This document shows positions 62,713-64,000 of a stretch of 64,000 bases of DNA, piece after piece (the stretch's first letter is position 1; every line of letters starts with the position of its first letter). The notes under the pieces are model-generated. The model was not told the origin of the DNA, ran no database searches, and saw nothing but the letters and a program-made list of their open reading frames with translations. The position numbers were made by a program, and so were the translations under genes. The DNA comes from Puccinia triticina (taxonomy: Eukaryota): NCBI GenBank assembly GCA_026914245.1, contig CP110439.1:1302001-1366000 (forward strand). Direction: 5' to 3'.

Positions 62713-64000
62713 TAAGCAGAAATCAGTGGATATTTAGTGTTTGGGAATGTGTAGCTACAAGTCACTTAATTTTTTTTAATTCTTTCTATATCTCAATGGA
62801 TTGGGTTTTGAGGAATCTTGTAACCTGACAAAAAACAATTTATTTTGGAAGACCCTTGCAGAGCCCAGTATATCTGACAGTTTTCATATCAGTTCCAAGG
62901 CTAAATCTAATCCTAGAGCTATCATCCTTGATATGATGGTCTGAGAGTAAAAATTAGTAAAAACTGATTCTTTATTCTGGAATAGAGCTGCTTGTTGCTT
63001 CCCACTGATCATGGTGGTAGGTAGAATGGAGGGAATGAGAATTCTACACATTCTAAAAGGGACTAGCTAGGTTTGTGAAATGCTTGGGCTAGAATTTAAT
63101 CTAGAAATAAAAAATAAATCCATACAAAAACACAGAAAAAGTGAAGTGGTCCAAACTGATTGGAAAATACAACAGTTACATGGATTTCCTTTGCTTCCGG
63201 AGAAAAAAATTTTGTGCACAGGAATTTCCATTGATTCAACATCTCTTGATTTCAAGCCCCCCTCTGTGCACACCACAATATTTGCCCACGGGTTCCCTGC
63301 AGAATATTCAGCCGGAATAAAGCTGGTGACCAGTAGACCAGACCTCAAGGGGACACAACCCTCTTGATATCTGGTCTGTACTAGTAATTGACAGTTTTGA
63401 GTCCTCTTGGCTACCTGTCTAGTCATATGGAATGACTGTCACAGGCCATTCATTTGTTGGGAGGGCTGATTCCTCTTGATGACTGGTAAAGAAAGACCAG
63501 TCATCAGGACACAACCACCTTGATGACTTGACAGACCATTCATTGAGGGGAATAAAATCTCCTGATTACTGGATAGACCGGTCTTTGAGAGGAATCAACC
63601 CTCCAACAAGCAACCGGTCTATGCCATTGCCAGTCATTGGGAGGGTTATAAAAGATTACAAAGAACTAAGATGATTTATTTCTTTGTTAGACTCTTCTCA
63701 CCAGGGAAGACTTTGACGCACTCTCCAGAGAGTGCCTGATTTTAATTTCATTTTGTTCTGGGTCTGATGTCAGTCAGATGTGTATTAGGAAAGGATTGAT
63801 AAATTATTCAGAAGTCAATGAAAGTCTGTTATAATTTATGAGGAAGTATCACAGGACCTCATGCAATGTTTTATAGAACCGTTTCATTCTTTATGGATAA
63901 CTCAATCTAAGTTTATTAAAACCACAGTTTCACCAAAAAAAAATTCAAGGGTTTCCCCTGTTTATGAAAAATCACTAAAAAATAACAAAGGTTCAATGCT

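Noticed and set aside
63430..63650. Degenerate repeats of GACCA/GTCATTGAGG-type units
   Set aside because: Unit and boundaries cannot be defined; likely decayed TE subterminal repeats

Overview
Eukaryotic, intron-rich fungal DNA. Gene style, transposon families and a TpCpG>TpTpG mutation signature suggest a rust fungus (Pucciniales-like); this is an inference. The first ~10 kb is a gene island: a Spp1/CFP1-like PHD protein, AP-3 delta and CSN6. About 10-59.6 kb is a nested transposon block. It holds two 3.65-kb hAT elements with 8-bp TSDs, a large TIR/foldback element, several MITEs, two full-length Ty3/gypsy retrotransposons (26883-35709 +, 40119-51562 -), solo LTRs, a decayed Ty1/copia element and a MULE-like element containing a tyrosine-recombinase fragment. 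A lineage-specific 5-exon gene lies at 60061-62712. Four observations stand out. (1) The minus-strand gypsy carries an intron-containing antisense gene of unknown function between pol and its 3' LTR, bracketed by duplicated polypurine tracts. (2) Both gypsy elements share a UUUUUUA + 6 nt + hairpin -1 frameshift cassette placed after the protease. (3) The plus-strand gypsy has four dispersed copies of a conserved ~85-nt motif. (4) This gypsy lineage makes 4-bp TSDs, repeatedly CCGT. Everything was read by eye and no database searches were run.
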